Below are positions 33,801-42,463 of a stretch of 43,647 nucleotides of DNA, in pieces. A model generated the notes under the pieces. That model was given only the letters and a program-made list of their open reading frames with translations. It did no database searches and was not told where the DNA came from. The first letter of the stretch is position 1. Every line of letters begins with the position of its first letter. The DNA is taken from IMG/VR virus record IMGVR_UViG_3300045808_000015. One strand, 5' to 3'. Origin of the DNA: a virus. The translations under genes and the position numbers were made by a program.

Positions 33801-36800
33801 GTGAAGCTGGCAAGTGGGATCAGTTGTGGTTGACCGAAAAAATGTTATTGGTCAATGGCGATGAAGCAAAGCTAGAGCTTTATGAAACTATCAATGCTAT
33901 GGGTGCGTGGAACCAATATGTCTTAGATCGAAAAACGTTAGGTATTGACAATGCGGATGCAGTTTATAAGTTATTCACCACACAAGAGCAAATCAATCAG
34001 TGGAATACTCTACCAGTAAATCAGAAAAAGTTATTAGCTGACAATACAGACTTAACAGAAAAGATATTTGCTTCAAATGAATCCTACACTGCTTGGACTC
34101 AAGTTCCAGATAATATCAAATATATGTTAGCAAACAATGAAGATTTGAATGCAAAAATTCAAGAAGGTGTAATAAGTACTGAACAATACAATCAAATATT
34201 ACCCTTATTGAAGCAAATGTTCGGCGAAAATTATGATGTCCTTGCAAAAGGCAAACAGGCGAAAGCTGACATTGACGATTATAACAAAAATCACAACCCT
34301 GCTAACAAAATCCTTAATGCTGACAACTCTGATCTTTTAAACAAAGAAAAAGCTGCCCGAGAGAAACTTACTGGCCCTGGTGGGTACAATCAAATTCCTG
34401 TTCCTGAAAAGACGATGACTGCCAAAGATGATGTAACTCCAAATGTGGAAAAAGCCGTTAAATCCTATAGAGAAGTTGCGAACTTACAAGATAAAACAAT
34501 CAGTTTCAAATTGACCGCATTTTTTGATGATACATGGGAAAAAGTTAAAAAGGCATTCAATCAAAAAGGGAACAATATCACTGGCAACTACGCAAACGGC
34601 ACTAACTACCATAAAGGCGGTTTAGCTCTCGTAAACGACCAGATTGGTTCAAAGTATAAAGAACTAGTTAAACTTCCTAACGGGCGAGCATTCGTTCCAC
34701 AGGAAAGAAATACTTTGCTTGATTTACCTAAAGGCTCGTCTGTATTAAAAGCCTCTCAAACAGCAAAATTGATACCTCGCTATGCCGGTGGTATAGGCGA
34801 AGTGATCACGCAAGACTCTCAAATTACTGAATTAATAGCAGCCATAAATGAATTAATTCTGACGTTCAAAACTATGCAGCCTCAATCAGCTGAATCGGAT
34901 ACAGTTGGGATGATGACTGAAAAATCTGTTATCCCAAATACTCAAGGATCAACAGGAGTGGCTTCGATAACACCAGATCAGCTATTGGCTCAAGGAGAAG
35001 AGTATACTGCGATCGGCACAATGTGGATGACGAATCTTATGAATGGCTGGAATTCAATTGTTCCGTCTTACATGAAGAGTGAGTCCATATTTATTTCTAA
35101 CTACTTAACCCAATTAAAAAATCAAAACAATCCGAATTATTTGCAAGGTGTTACGTGGAATAGAAACTTAATGAATGGTTGGAACAGTTTAACAGGAACA
35201 TTTATCAATCTAATCAAGACCTTCTGTAATCAAGCGATGACGACTCTTCGGAGTTACAATGCGCCTATGTACAACAATGGCCGTACTTGGCAACAGAATA
35301 ATTTGAACGGTTGGAACTCGTTGTATGGATCGTTTATTGCAAGAGTTAACCAGCTGGGAAATGATTCAATTAATAATCTCCGTTCCAAAAACGGCGGTTT
35401 TTACAGCGCCGGAAACTATCTGATGCAATCGCTAATCAACGGGTTAAACTCAATGGGTGGTTCGCTATCATCAACGATGAACGGTGTAGCGAACAAGATG
35501 GTTGGTGGAATCGGTAAAGGTGTTAATGGAGTAATCGGCGGTGTTAACTATGTTCTAAAAGAGGTTGAATCAGACAAGAAATTAGGAAACTGGACTGTTC
35601 CACAATATTCAAAGGGAACAGACGGACACCCTGGCGGATTAGCAATGATCAACGATCAAAAAGGGCCTGTTCATGAAGAGTATGTTCAGATGCCTGATGG
35701 CCGTGGTTTTATTGCCAAAGGAAAGGATCTATTGGTCAACCTTCCTAAAGGGGCGCAAGTACTGAATGCAAGTCTTACTAAGAAATTAAAGAAAGGTTTC
35801 GATATTCCGCATTATGCCAATGGAACGGATGACTTTGATATCTTTGATTTGATTGATGATGAGGGAGCGTTTAGGAAAGTTGTAGACCAAAGAATTGACT
35901 ACAATAGTATCGCGGAACCTTGGAAGAGAATGACAAAAGATGGCGTTAAGTTAATGACAAGCGCGGCTTATCCTTTTGCACAAAAGCAAGTTGAAGATTC
36001 GTTTGGTGGTGGCAGTTTTGATGGAGCTATGAATGCCAATAATGTATACCAATACTTAGTGGATATTGCACAAAAAGTTATGTCAAAATTTGGAGGACTA
36101 ACTATCACTTCTGGATACAGACCGGGAGATCCTTATTGGCATGGTAAGCATCAAGCGTTAGATATCTCGGGTTATCCTTACGGAAGCCCTAGATACACGG
36201 AAGCAGCAAATTGGGCCTTCGAGAAATTCCCTAAACAGATTGCTTATGTGATTACGAATGGTAGGGTACGTGACCGTGTGGGAATGTCAGGCCAAGCTGC
36301 AACAGGACAATGGGTCCCTTGGCCAGATGGCGATCATTATGATCATATTCATTTGAACGGTTCTTTGGGATCAGGAAACATATTTAAAGCTGGAACGGAC
36401 GTGGCAGGAGGACTTCCTACGCCAAGTGGGGCTTCTGTTGAACGCTGGCGTCCTTCTATTAAGAAAGCACTGAAAATGAATGGACTACCCACTTCTCAAG
36501 CATATGTGAATGCCTGGATGTCTCAAATCCAAACAGAATCTGGTGGTAACCCTTCTGCAATCGGAGGTAACGATGGATTGGCAGATGGAAATGCTACTGG
36601 ACTTCTACAGACTAAGCCAGGAACTTTTGCAGCAAATGCTTTTCCAGGACACGGTAATATTATGAACGGTTTTGATAACATGTTGGCAGCAATCCGTTAT
36701 GCCAAAAATCGATACGGAGCGAATATGCTAGGCGTGATCGGCCGAGGACATGGTTACGAAAATGGGGGCTTAATCAATAAAGATGGTCTTTATAGAGCAG

Positions 36801-37117
36801 GTGAAGGAAACAAACCGGAAATGGTGATTCCCTTAACTCGCAAAACGAGAGCGATAGAACTAATGGGACAAGCTTTAGCATTTCTGGCTGGGGATAATAA
36901 AAATAGTTCGAAACAGTCCGCTGGCGTTGATAATACAGCAGAGTTGGTAACACTGATTAAGCAACAACAAAAGCAACATAGTGATCTGATGCGAATTTTG
37001 AGAGCGATATTGAGCAAGGAAAGTGGAATAACCAGTGAAGCGGTTGGAAATGCTGCAAATGATTTGATGGGGAGCGATTTGAATAAATTAGGCTATACGA
37101 TAGGAGGTGGCTTCTAA
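30887..37117 (+). CDS. Tape measure protein with C-terminal LAS-type metallopeptidase-like and lytic transglycosylase domains
   Basis: 2076 aa. A Gly/Ala-rich hydrophobic (TM-like) segment follows a long alpha-helical N-terminal region. SGYRPG..HGKHQALDI..HYDHIHL. IQTESGGNP..TGLLQT (SLT-like). Confidence 0.9.
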   Translation: MANGKPLGNMKVILDLDSSAFSKGLDGAKKSVAYNMKAMQSQMKVMNSSGDKLGALQTKYDGLSKTLSSNEKYMSKLKTQYDKSFDANGKATASTAKYANELNQAIAKSASYEAQMKTTTGQIARMKVETEGVTGKLKAQSDQWIKSGKKIESFGKKMSSIGSTLTMSVTAPIAAGFGLATKKAVDFQTQIGEIGPLLTNGGKMTTEYRNQLDQMSVSSKKWAKEYGVSTTEINTGLAEIVRKGYDANQTLGVMPSILDATKASGDDFNDVMNVTTEVISQFNLKGKDYNSTVKNATRVTDALTYVANATSAGFSDLGLAMGYVGPVANSLGMDVEETASAIGLLSDAGIGGEKAGTALRGALTRLLKPSKQNIAGFEKLGISVDEFKNGTLTLPDMLNKIKQNTEGWTDAQRTSAIALAFGTESQSAMNVLVGQGGDALKGLTKETYNANGATKEIAKSMNDLPANKVARFKESLNVLAITAGEKLLPVFTPILEKATQLINKFSELDDETQQNILKWGLMAAAVGPTLKLFGTGATVIGKTQTAVGKLTGGIVDLAAKAAEKKAIAGFSTTVASVGTASATAAGASGVAGLGASIAGLAGPIGIGLVALGAVAGAVVVGKKAYDDYQLSGGKWGTEVTGTQDKVITKSNELKEKGVQYMNEYQDGVNTNAEKIKKANKGIQDAIEGTLEKEEKRREKITKLSFLDEETKAWYDQVIAAQKKVDEKTAETVKAQIDKINGIYKNASDNNRQLSDQEMQYIRASYANLSDDQLKAAGFTKSQRLAIETAYQDDLSKLSEKEVSTRIKTLEKALDKEKTSYDKQRKEIESNETLSSSVRKRLLNDLKENYKKSTSEMITALGNLTEKSGSSLDSVWFKWEKYGYNVEEVTALVSSSVKDTTKDLSLFAKGTSDADMQWNALSLDPKTGEVKTNMTDVLTEIAQTDDGWNQLKFMVKEAKLTSNAKEEVAIAMGEAGKWDQLWLTEKMLLVNGDEAKLELYETINAMGAWNQYVLDRKTLGIDNADAVYKLFTTQEQINQWNTLPVNQKKLLADNTDLTEKIFASNESYTAWTQVPDNIKYMLANNEDLNAKIQEGVISTEQYNQILPLLKQMFGENYDVLAKGKQAKADIDDYNKNHNPANKILNADNSDLLNKEKAAREKLTGPGGYNQIPVPEKTMTAKDDVTPNVEKAVKSYREVANLQDKTISFKLTAFFDDTWEKVKKAFNQKGNNITGNYANGTNYHKGGLALVNDQIGSKYKELVKLPNGRAFVPQERNTLLDLPKGSSVLKASQTAKLIPRYAGGIGEVITQDSQITELIAAINELILTFKTMQPQSAESDTVGMMTEKSVIPNTQGSTGVASITPDQLLAQGEEYTAIGTMWMTNLMNGWNSIVPSYMKSESIFISNYLTQLKNQNNPNYLQGVTWNRNLMNGWNSLTGTFINLIKTFCNQAMTTLRSYNAPMYNNGRTWQQNNLNGWNSLYGSFIARVNQLGNDSINNLRSKNGGFYSAGNYLMQSLINGLNSMGGSLSSTMNGVANKMVGGIGKGVNGVIGGVNYVLKEVESDKKLGNWTVPQYSKGTDGHPGGLAMINDQKGPVHEEYVQMPDGRGFIAKGKDLLVNLPKGAQVLNASLTKKLKKGFDIPHYANGTDDFDIFDLIDDEGAFRKVVDQRIDYNSIAEPWKRMTKDGVKLMTSAAYPFAQKQVEDSFGGGSFDGAMNANNVYQYLVDIAQKVMSKFGGLTITSGYRPGDPYWHGKHQALDISGYPYGSPRYTEAANWAFEKFPKQIAYVITNGRVRDRVGMSGQAATGQWVPWPDGDHYDHIHLNGSLGSGNIFKAGTDVAGGLPTPSGASVERWRPSIKKALKMNGLPTSQAYVNAWMSQIQTESGGNPSAIGGNDGLADGNATGLLQTKPGTFAANAFPGHGNIMNGFDNMLAAIRYAKNRYGANMLGVIGRGHGYENGGLINKDGLYRAGEGNKPEMVIPLTRKTRAIELMGQALAFLAGDNKNSSKQSAGVDNTAELVTLIKQQQKQHSDLMRILRAILSKESGITSEAVGNAANDLMGSDLNKLGYTIGGGF

Positions 37118-37939
37118 TTGTTCTACAAGTTATTGATTAATCAGAGTGGAAATCTGTTTGATCCACAAGTTAAAGATAAAATAGTCTGTAAAGAAATAAA
37201 GAGACAGGCTCCTCTATACGAAGTTAAGTATGAAGAGTTTGAAGGAACGAATGGAAGCAGAGAATCAAATGCCTCCTTTCGTCCTTTTGAATTAGTTCTC
37301 ACTTTCGACATATTTTATAAAAATGAATATGACAAAGAATTGATAGTAACAGAGTTACATCAAATATTTTTCCCCGGCTATCAGTATTATTTGACACACG
37401 AACTGAGCCCAGGTAAAAGGTTTAAAGTGAATCCAGTAAATTTCGAACTTACTGAAGAAGAAAATGATTACTCGACTATAGAAATCACCTTCGATGTTCC
37501 TAGTGCTTGTTCTGAATCTCTCTCAACCACACTGTCAGAATTTAGCTTATCGAACGAGTGGCAATTCTCACAAAATCTTGAAGCTGCGGATTATAAGTAC
37601 AGTTTTGATGTAAGCCGTTTCCAAGTATTTAACGCAGGAGACTTTGCAATTGATCCAAGGGAACATGCATTGAACATCACTCTTCAAGGTGAATCGCTAG
37701 GTAATGCTACAATTTTCAACCGAACGACAGGCGATCGATTTATTTACTATCCTGAATTTTCAACAAATTTAGGACAGACTGTCACGCTAGATCGTGTTTA
37801 TCCGAAACTAAATGGTGTCAATCGTGGTATTGACACAAACTTAAGTCTGATCACTTTAGTTCCTGGTATTAACGAAATAGAAATACAGAATGTATCAAAC
37901 GTGAAGTCCTCTTGGGATTTCCGTTACTTGTATAAGTAG
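37118..37939 (+). CDS. Distal tail protein (Dit)
   Basis: Position immediately after the tape measure gene, and size. Confidence 0.7.
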   Translation: MFYKLLINQSGNLFDPQVKDKIVCKEIKRQAPLYEVKYEEFEGTNGSRESNASFRPFELVLTFDIFYKNEYDKELIVTELHQIFFPGYQYYLTHELSPGKRFKVNPVNFELTEEENDYSTIEITFDVPSACSESLSTTLSEFSLSNEWQFSQNLEAADYKYSFDVSRFQVFNAGDFAIDPREHALNITLQGESLGNATIFNRTTGDRFIYYPEFSTNLGQTVTLDRVYPKLNGVNRGIDTNLSLITLVPGINEIEIQNVSNVKSSWDFRYLYK

Positions 37940-37947
37940 GTGATAAC

Positions 37948-38973
37948 GTGACAAACATCATCATTCAGAATTACGAAAAGACAAAGAAGGAGCTCCTTGT
38001 TGATTATGACAAGGACTCTTTTTTTGAGAATTGGCAACAGAATGAAACATGGGAAGTTAGTTTAGATGTTACTAAGACAGAAGTAAACAGCTATGCTTTT
38101 GACCTTGTTGATTATGAAAATTCCATACTATTGAATGGTCAAGAATTTGTTATTAAATCTATGACGACTTCTGGCGAAGGGGCACAAGTAACTAAGAGTA
38201 TTACTGCTACGCATGTTTACTACACGATTCAGGATGGAAGACAATACAATACTCTGCAGCCGAACGGAGCGAAAAGTATCCAACAATTACTCTCCCATAT
38301 CTTCAGCGCGGGAAATCGAGGATTCACTTGGGAAGTCGTAGATCCGAATAAAAAGTTTCTTACGGTTGAACAAGAAAACTTTGGCAATGCGAATTACTTA
38401 AAGCTGATTGAAGAAATATTAAGTGATTATGATGCGGTGGTTATTCCAAATAATAAACATCTAACCTTCTATCCACGCTCAGAGTTCGGGGATAAAGTTC
38501 AGGAGCAGATTCGATACAAATACAACACGGATTCAGTGAAGTTCGACATAGACACCTATTCGTTGAAAACGCAGATTAAGGGATTTGGTAAGAAAAAGGA
38601 AGATGACACGTATTATTTCTCTCCGATTACTTACACTTCTCCCGAATCGGAGAAATGGGGAATACGGATACAAGATCCGGTAGAAGATGAGCGATATACG
38701 GTTGTTGGTAACATGATGGGACGACTAAAAAAAGATTTACAAGATTATCCTTCAATCAGCGGTTCAGTAACTCTGAAATGGCGAATTGATCCACAAAAAG
38801 GAGATTATGTACCATTCATTTATGAACCGCTAAATATAAAAACGTACATTCAAATTGTGGGAATTAAGACATATCCTGCATTACCTAATAAACCGCCTGA
38901 AATCACGTTATCAAATACGAAGAAAACAATGACATCAATACTAGCGAACTTAGCTAGGAAAGGAGTGATTTAG
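37948..38973 (+). CDS. Tail-associated protein (Tal / prophage tail endopeptidase family)
   Basis: Position after Dit, and size. Confidence 0.6.
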   Translation: MTNIIIQNYEKTKKELLVDYDKDSFFENWQQNETWEVSLDVTKTEVNSYAFDLVDYENSILLNGQEFVIKSMTTSGEGAQVTKSITATHVYYTIQDGRQYNTLQPNGAKSIQQLLSHIFSAGNRGFTWEVVDPNKKFLTVEQENFGNANYLKLIEEILSDYDAVVIPNNKHLTFYPRSEFGDKVQEQIRYKYNTDSVKFDIDTYSLKTQIKGFGKKKEDDTYYFSPITYTSPESEKWGIRIQDPVEDERYTVVGNMMGRLKKDLQDYPSISGSVTLKWRIDPQKGDYVPFIYEPLNIKTYIQIVGIKTYPALPNKPPEITLSNTKKTMTSILANLARKGVI

Positions 38974-40016
38974 TGGAATTACTAAAACTCATTAAAAATA
39001 GAATTTCAACAGAATGGAAAAAAACGTTCAACGATAATGTGGATATTTTGAACGGTATTACACGTGACCAAAATCAAAAAATAGACGTTGTTGATAAGAG
39101 AATTGACAATCTAGTCTTGCGCAGTGGCGGTGAGTCCCCGAATGAAGTAGTGGATGCACGTGTTAATAATACGGGCAAAACTTTCGATACGCTTGAATCT
39201 AGGTTGCTCGCTGCAGAAAACCAAAATGATCAAAACATTGAAGAAGCAAATCGTCAAATTTTAGAAAACAAATATCAACTCGCTCAATTAAATGGAGTAG
39301 TTAGAATGCTATACAATGCAGCGGGATCAAATATTGCTATTTATGTTTCTAAAGAACGTGGAAGTGATGTCGCTGGAGATGGGACACAAGAAAAACCTTT
39401 TCGCACGATTCAAACTGCTGTAAATCAAATCCCCTTAATTAATCGTTCGAACACCACAATTTTTATTGAAGACGGAACCTACTTAGAGGATGTGCGTATA
39501 TCTAATTGCTCGGCAGCATCCATTTACATTCGGACTATACAAAATGTTGACAGTCTAGATATTAAGGCGAATGTCATGCCGGTCAAAGTTCGATCAATCG
39601 GCTTTACCTACTGTCAAGGATATTTCAATTTGTATGGCTTAGAATTTATAGATCAAGCGAATGCAACAAGCGTGTTTAGTACTAAACTTTCAGCTTTTTG
39701 TGAACAGGGAGGGTATTTATCACTAAGTAAATGCGGGTTTAGAGAAAACACGAAAGCTTTAGATCATAACACTCTTTATGTCGGTGGGACTGGTCAGATG
39801 GCTGTTTATGACTGTATGTTTGTAAATCAAAAAGTGATTGCAAGAGCAAATTTGATGGCAGATTTAAATTTCGCTAGTCCAAATGGTTTTGGGTGTGAAA
39901 CTGGTGTAATTTCTAATACGGCAACCGTGAGAACATCAAACCTATCTTCTGTGGCGACAACTCCTACAAAAACAGAAGGAAATGGGCTGATTATTACTAA
40001 AGGGACGGTGTTGTAA
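38973..40016 (+). CDS. Tail fibre/spike-like protein (coiled-coil N-terminus, possible beta-helix C-terminus)
   Basis: Position and composition only. Confidence 0.4.
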   Translation: MELLKLIKNRISTEWKKTFNDNVDILNGITRDQNQKIDVVDKRIDNLVLRSGGESPNEVVDARVNNTGKTFDTLESRLLAAENQNDQNIEEANRQILENKYQLAQLNGVVRMLYNAAGSNIAIYVSKERGSDVAGDGTQEKPFRTIQTAVNQIPLINRSNTTIFIEDGTYLEDVRISNCSAASIYIRTIQNVDSLDIKANVMPVKVRSIGFTYCQGYFNLYGLEFIDQANATSVFSTKLSAFCEQGGYLSLSKCGFRENTKALDHNTLYVGGTGQMAVYDCMFVNQKVIARANLMADLNFASPNGFGCETGVISNTATVRTSNLSSVATTPTKTEGNGLIITKGTVL

Positions 40017-41183
40017 TTGTTCAAGATTAGCGAAGAAATAATTGTGATCCAAGCTGAAGCAACTACTCCTATACCAACTGGAGTGGTTTTTTGGTCTCAT
40101 GACAAAGGGACTGCAAAACTGATCATTCAGTTAAAAAAAGATCATCTAAATCAGACCTTACCTCAAGGAACAATCGTACCGATTCTTTTAGAGTTCAATT
40201 CAGCCACAGCAGAGAATGGCAAAGGGCGTCATATTTACCATGCGATAATTGAAGATGCTTTAGAGGGAATTGTCTCCATTGTTTTAGAAGATAATATTCT
40301 CGGTTACGTTGGCCGTGTGGATGGTTCGGTTTATATTGAGTTACCTGATTCACGGTCACTTGATACTGCCGGTCGATTTACTTTTGACATTAAACGAAGC
40401 CCGATTGATGATGATGTTCCTGAATTGGAAGATTACTATTGGCAAGGTTTCAGCGAAATTAACAAAGAATTTGTCGACATGAAGAACAAATTGAACACAG
40501 CAATCGTTGATTTTGGAAACAAAAAGAATGAAATTGTTCAAGATTTTAATACAAAATTTACTGAAGTGAATACAGCATTGACTTCTGCTTTAACTGAATT
40601 TGAAAAGGGAAACTTTTATACTAAACCTGAAGCAGATGATCTTTTTTTCAGTAGCGAAGATTTGGCTACTAAAGAAGAAGCAGAAGCTGGCGAAGATAAC
40701 ACTAAACCGATGACACCACTTCGAGTTTTTCAAGCAATCGCTAAATGGACGAAAGACAAATTCGTTTCAAAAACTGAGAACGAAACGGTTTTGGGGACTA
40801 AGAACTTCCAAGATGGGATTACTTTTGGGGATGGCTCCTTACTTCCATCAAAAAGAAAATCAGCTATATCAAAAAAAATTTATTCGCCAGAAACGGATCC
40901 AGGGATGTATGCCAACGGGATGATAGAACTTGAGAGGGACGGAAATCTGGTTACTTGTACGTTTGCGTTCAAACCTGTAAACACGCATGCACACGGAGCT
41001 AAAGTAATTTGGTCGCTAGGCGAATTTGAGCCTGAAGGCACAATAAGAATGCCGACTTGCGAGGGTGGTTGCTATTTATATACTGATCCCACGGATGGAA
41101 ATGCAATCAAAATCGGTAAAGGATTGACAAAAGATCAATGGGCAACCGGAACTATGAGTTGGATTGCGAAAAACAGAATCTAG
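40017..41183 (+). CDS. Baseplate upper protein (BppU-like) / receptor-binding candidate
   Basis: The N-terminal pattern (VFWSHDKGTAKLIIQL) resembles the BppU N-domain. Position. Confidence 0.45.
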   Translation: MFKISEEIIVIQAEATTPIPTGVVFWSHDKGTAKLIIQLKKDHLNQTLPQGTIVPILLEFNSATAENGKGRHIYHAIIEDALEGIVSIVLEDNILGYVGRVDGSVYIELPDSRSLDTAGRFTFDIKRSPIDDDVPELEDYYWQGFSEINKEFVDMKNKLNTAIVDFGNKKNEIVQDFNTKFTEVNTALTSALTEFEKGNFYTKPEADDLFFSSEDLATKEEAEAGEDNTKPMTPLRVFQAIAKWTKDKFVSKTENETVLGTKNFQDGITFGDGSLLPSKRKSAISKKIYSPETDPGMYANGMIELERDGNLVTCTFAFKPVNTHAHGAKVIWSLGEFEPEGTIRMPTCEGGCYLYTDPTDGNAIKIGKGLTKDQWATGTMSWIAKNRI

Positions 41184-41194
41184 GAGGAAGCATA

Positions 41195-41572
41195 ATGAAA
41201 GTAATTTATAAAGTCTTGTATCCAATGGGATTTGAAAAGCATGAAGTTTCTGATGATTTTCCAACTTCTATTCCGTTTGTGGAAGATGTGCCGTTTTCAT
41301 TCAAAAAGAAAGAAAACGAAACGGAAAATGAATTTCTGAATCGGCAACAATCCCAATTCTATAATTTTGCGGAGAGAAAATGGGAAGAAGCCGTGACTCA
41401 AGATTATTCGAAGAGGCTAAAATTATTGGAAACTTTAACAGAGACTGTTCAGAAAGAAAACGAAGAGCTTAAGAAGACGGCTGAAGAACAGGCGATTCAA
41501 ACGACGGATACGCAACTAGCAATAGCTGAAGTTTATGAAATGTTGGTTCCTGCAAGCAAGGAGGCTAATTAA
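41195..41572 (+). CDS. Hypothetical protein (125 aa)
   Basis: Start trimmed to the ATG after taggagga. Confidence 0.55.
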   Translation: MKVIYKVLYPMGFEKHEVSDDFPTSIPFVEDVPFSFKKKENETENEFLNRQQSQFYNFAERKWEEAVTQDYSKRLKLLETLTETVQKENEELKKTAEEQAIQTTDTQLAIAEVYEMLVPASKEAN

Positions 41573-41686
41573 ATGGTAAATATTTACGTCAATTTGATTC
41601 AGAAAGGTCTGAGAACTATTGAAGAAGTACCTAAAACAATCAGAAAAGAAGTGCAAGCAATCTTGGACGCAGAAATTGCGGATTAG
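41573..41686 (+). CDS. Mini-protein (37 aa), paralog of 41724..41849; below the ORF-track cutoff
   Basis: RBS aaggagg. Sequence: MVNIYVNLIQKGLRTIEEVPKTIRKEVQAILDAEIAD. Confidence 0.55.
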   Translation: MVNIYVNLIQKGLRTIEEVPKTIRKEVQAILDAEIAD

Positions 41687-41723
41687 GATTGCTTTTTGTT
41701 TACTCAGAAAAGAGGTGAATACA

Positions 41724-41849
41724 ATGGCAGTAGTCTACGCGACGTTGATTATCAAAGGTAAGAAGACGATCGAACAAGTACCTGGTCTGATCCGCGAACA
41801 AGTGAGAGAAATCTTACTGGATATGGATTTACCAGAATTAGCAGAGTAG
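41724..41849 (+). CDS. Mini-protein (41 aa), paralog of 41573..41686
   Basis: RBS aagaggtg. Sequence: MAVVYATLIIKGKKTIEQVPGLIREQVREILLDMDLPELAE. Confidence 0.55.
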   Translation: MAVVYATLIIKGKKTIEQVPGLIREQVREILLDMDLPELAE

Positions 41850-41876
41850 CACACTTTCGAGTGTGCTTTTTATTTT
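41848..41876 (+). terminator. Intrinsic terminator between the tail and lysis modules
   Basis: Stem agcacact/agtgtgct, loop ttcg, followed by tttttatttt. Confidence 0.75.
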
Positions 41877-41897
41877 GATTGGAAGGTGGAAAGGCAT

Positions 41898-42191
41898 GTG
41901 TTGAACATTGAATTAGTTACAAGGTGGATTGAATGGCTAACGGTAATCGGCGTGGCTGTGCTAACAGTTATTCGACCCATTATGAATAGCTTCAACAAGA
42001 TAAGTGAGAACTTGACCAAAATGACTCACAGCTTAGATTTATTGAACCGTGATTTACAAGCAAGCAAAGAAGATCGAACAAGTATCCATGACGAATTACA
42101 ACGACACGATGAACGGTTGGATTCTCATAACGATCGTTTGATTGAACACACACAACAGATTAAAACCCTATACAAAGAAAGGAATAATTAA
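41898..42191 (+). CDS. N-terminal TM + coiled-coil protein of the lysis cassette
   Basis: GTG/TTG start after ggaaggtgg. TM WLTVIGVAVLTVI followed by heptad-rich sequence. Confidence 0.5.
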   Translation: MLNIELVTRWIEWLTVIGVAVLTVIRPIMNSFNKISENLTKMTHSLDLLNRDLQASKEDRTSIHDELQRHDERLDSHNDRLIEHTQQIKTLYKERNN

Positions 42192-42192
42192 A

Positions 42193-42462
42193 ATGAAAAT
42201 CAATTGGAAATTAAGAATCAAATCGAAAGCATTTTGGGTGGGCGTTGTCCCACTAGTCATTCTATTAGTTCAGGCGGTCGCTGCTGCATTCGGCTATACA
42301 TTAGACCTTTCTTCTTATGGAGATAAGGCATTAGCTGTAATCAACGCGCTGTTCGCTTTATTGGCTTTCTTAGGAATTACTGCCGACCCTACAACGCATG
42401 GGTTATCTGATAGCGAACAGGCATTGACCTATTCGAAACCGAAGAAGGAGGAGGACGAATAA
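42193..42462 (+). CDS. Holin, phage phi-LC3 family
   Basis: MKINWKLRIKSKAFWVGVVPLVILLVQ is the characteristic N-terminus. Two TM segments. Confidence 0.8.
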   Translation: MKINWKLRIKSKAFWVGVVPLVILLVQAVAAAFGYTLDLSSYGDKALAVINALFALLAFLGITADPTTHGLSDSEQALTYSKPKKEEDE

Positions 42463-42463
42463 C

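Noticed and set aside
31100-37020. Multiple 60-118-aa ORFs on the minus strand, and one on the plus strand, inside the tape measure gene
   Set aside because: All are nested within a continuous 2076-codon gene, lack RBSs, and show Ala/Ser/Pro-rich antisense composition.
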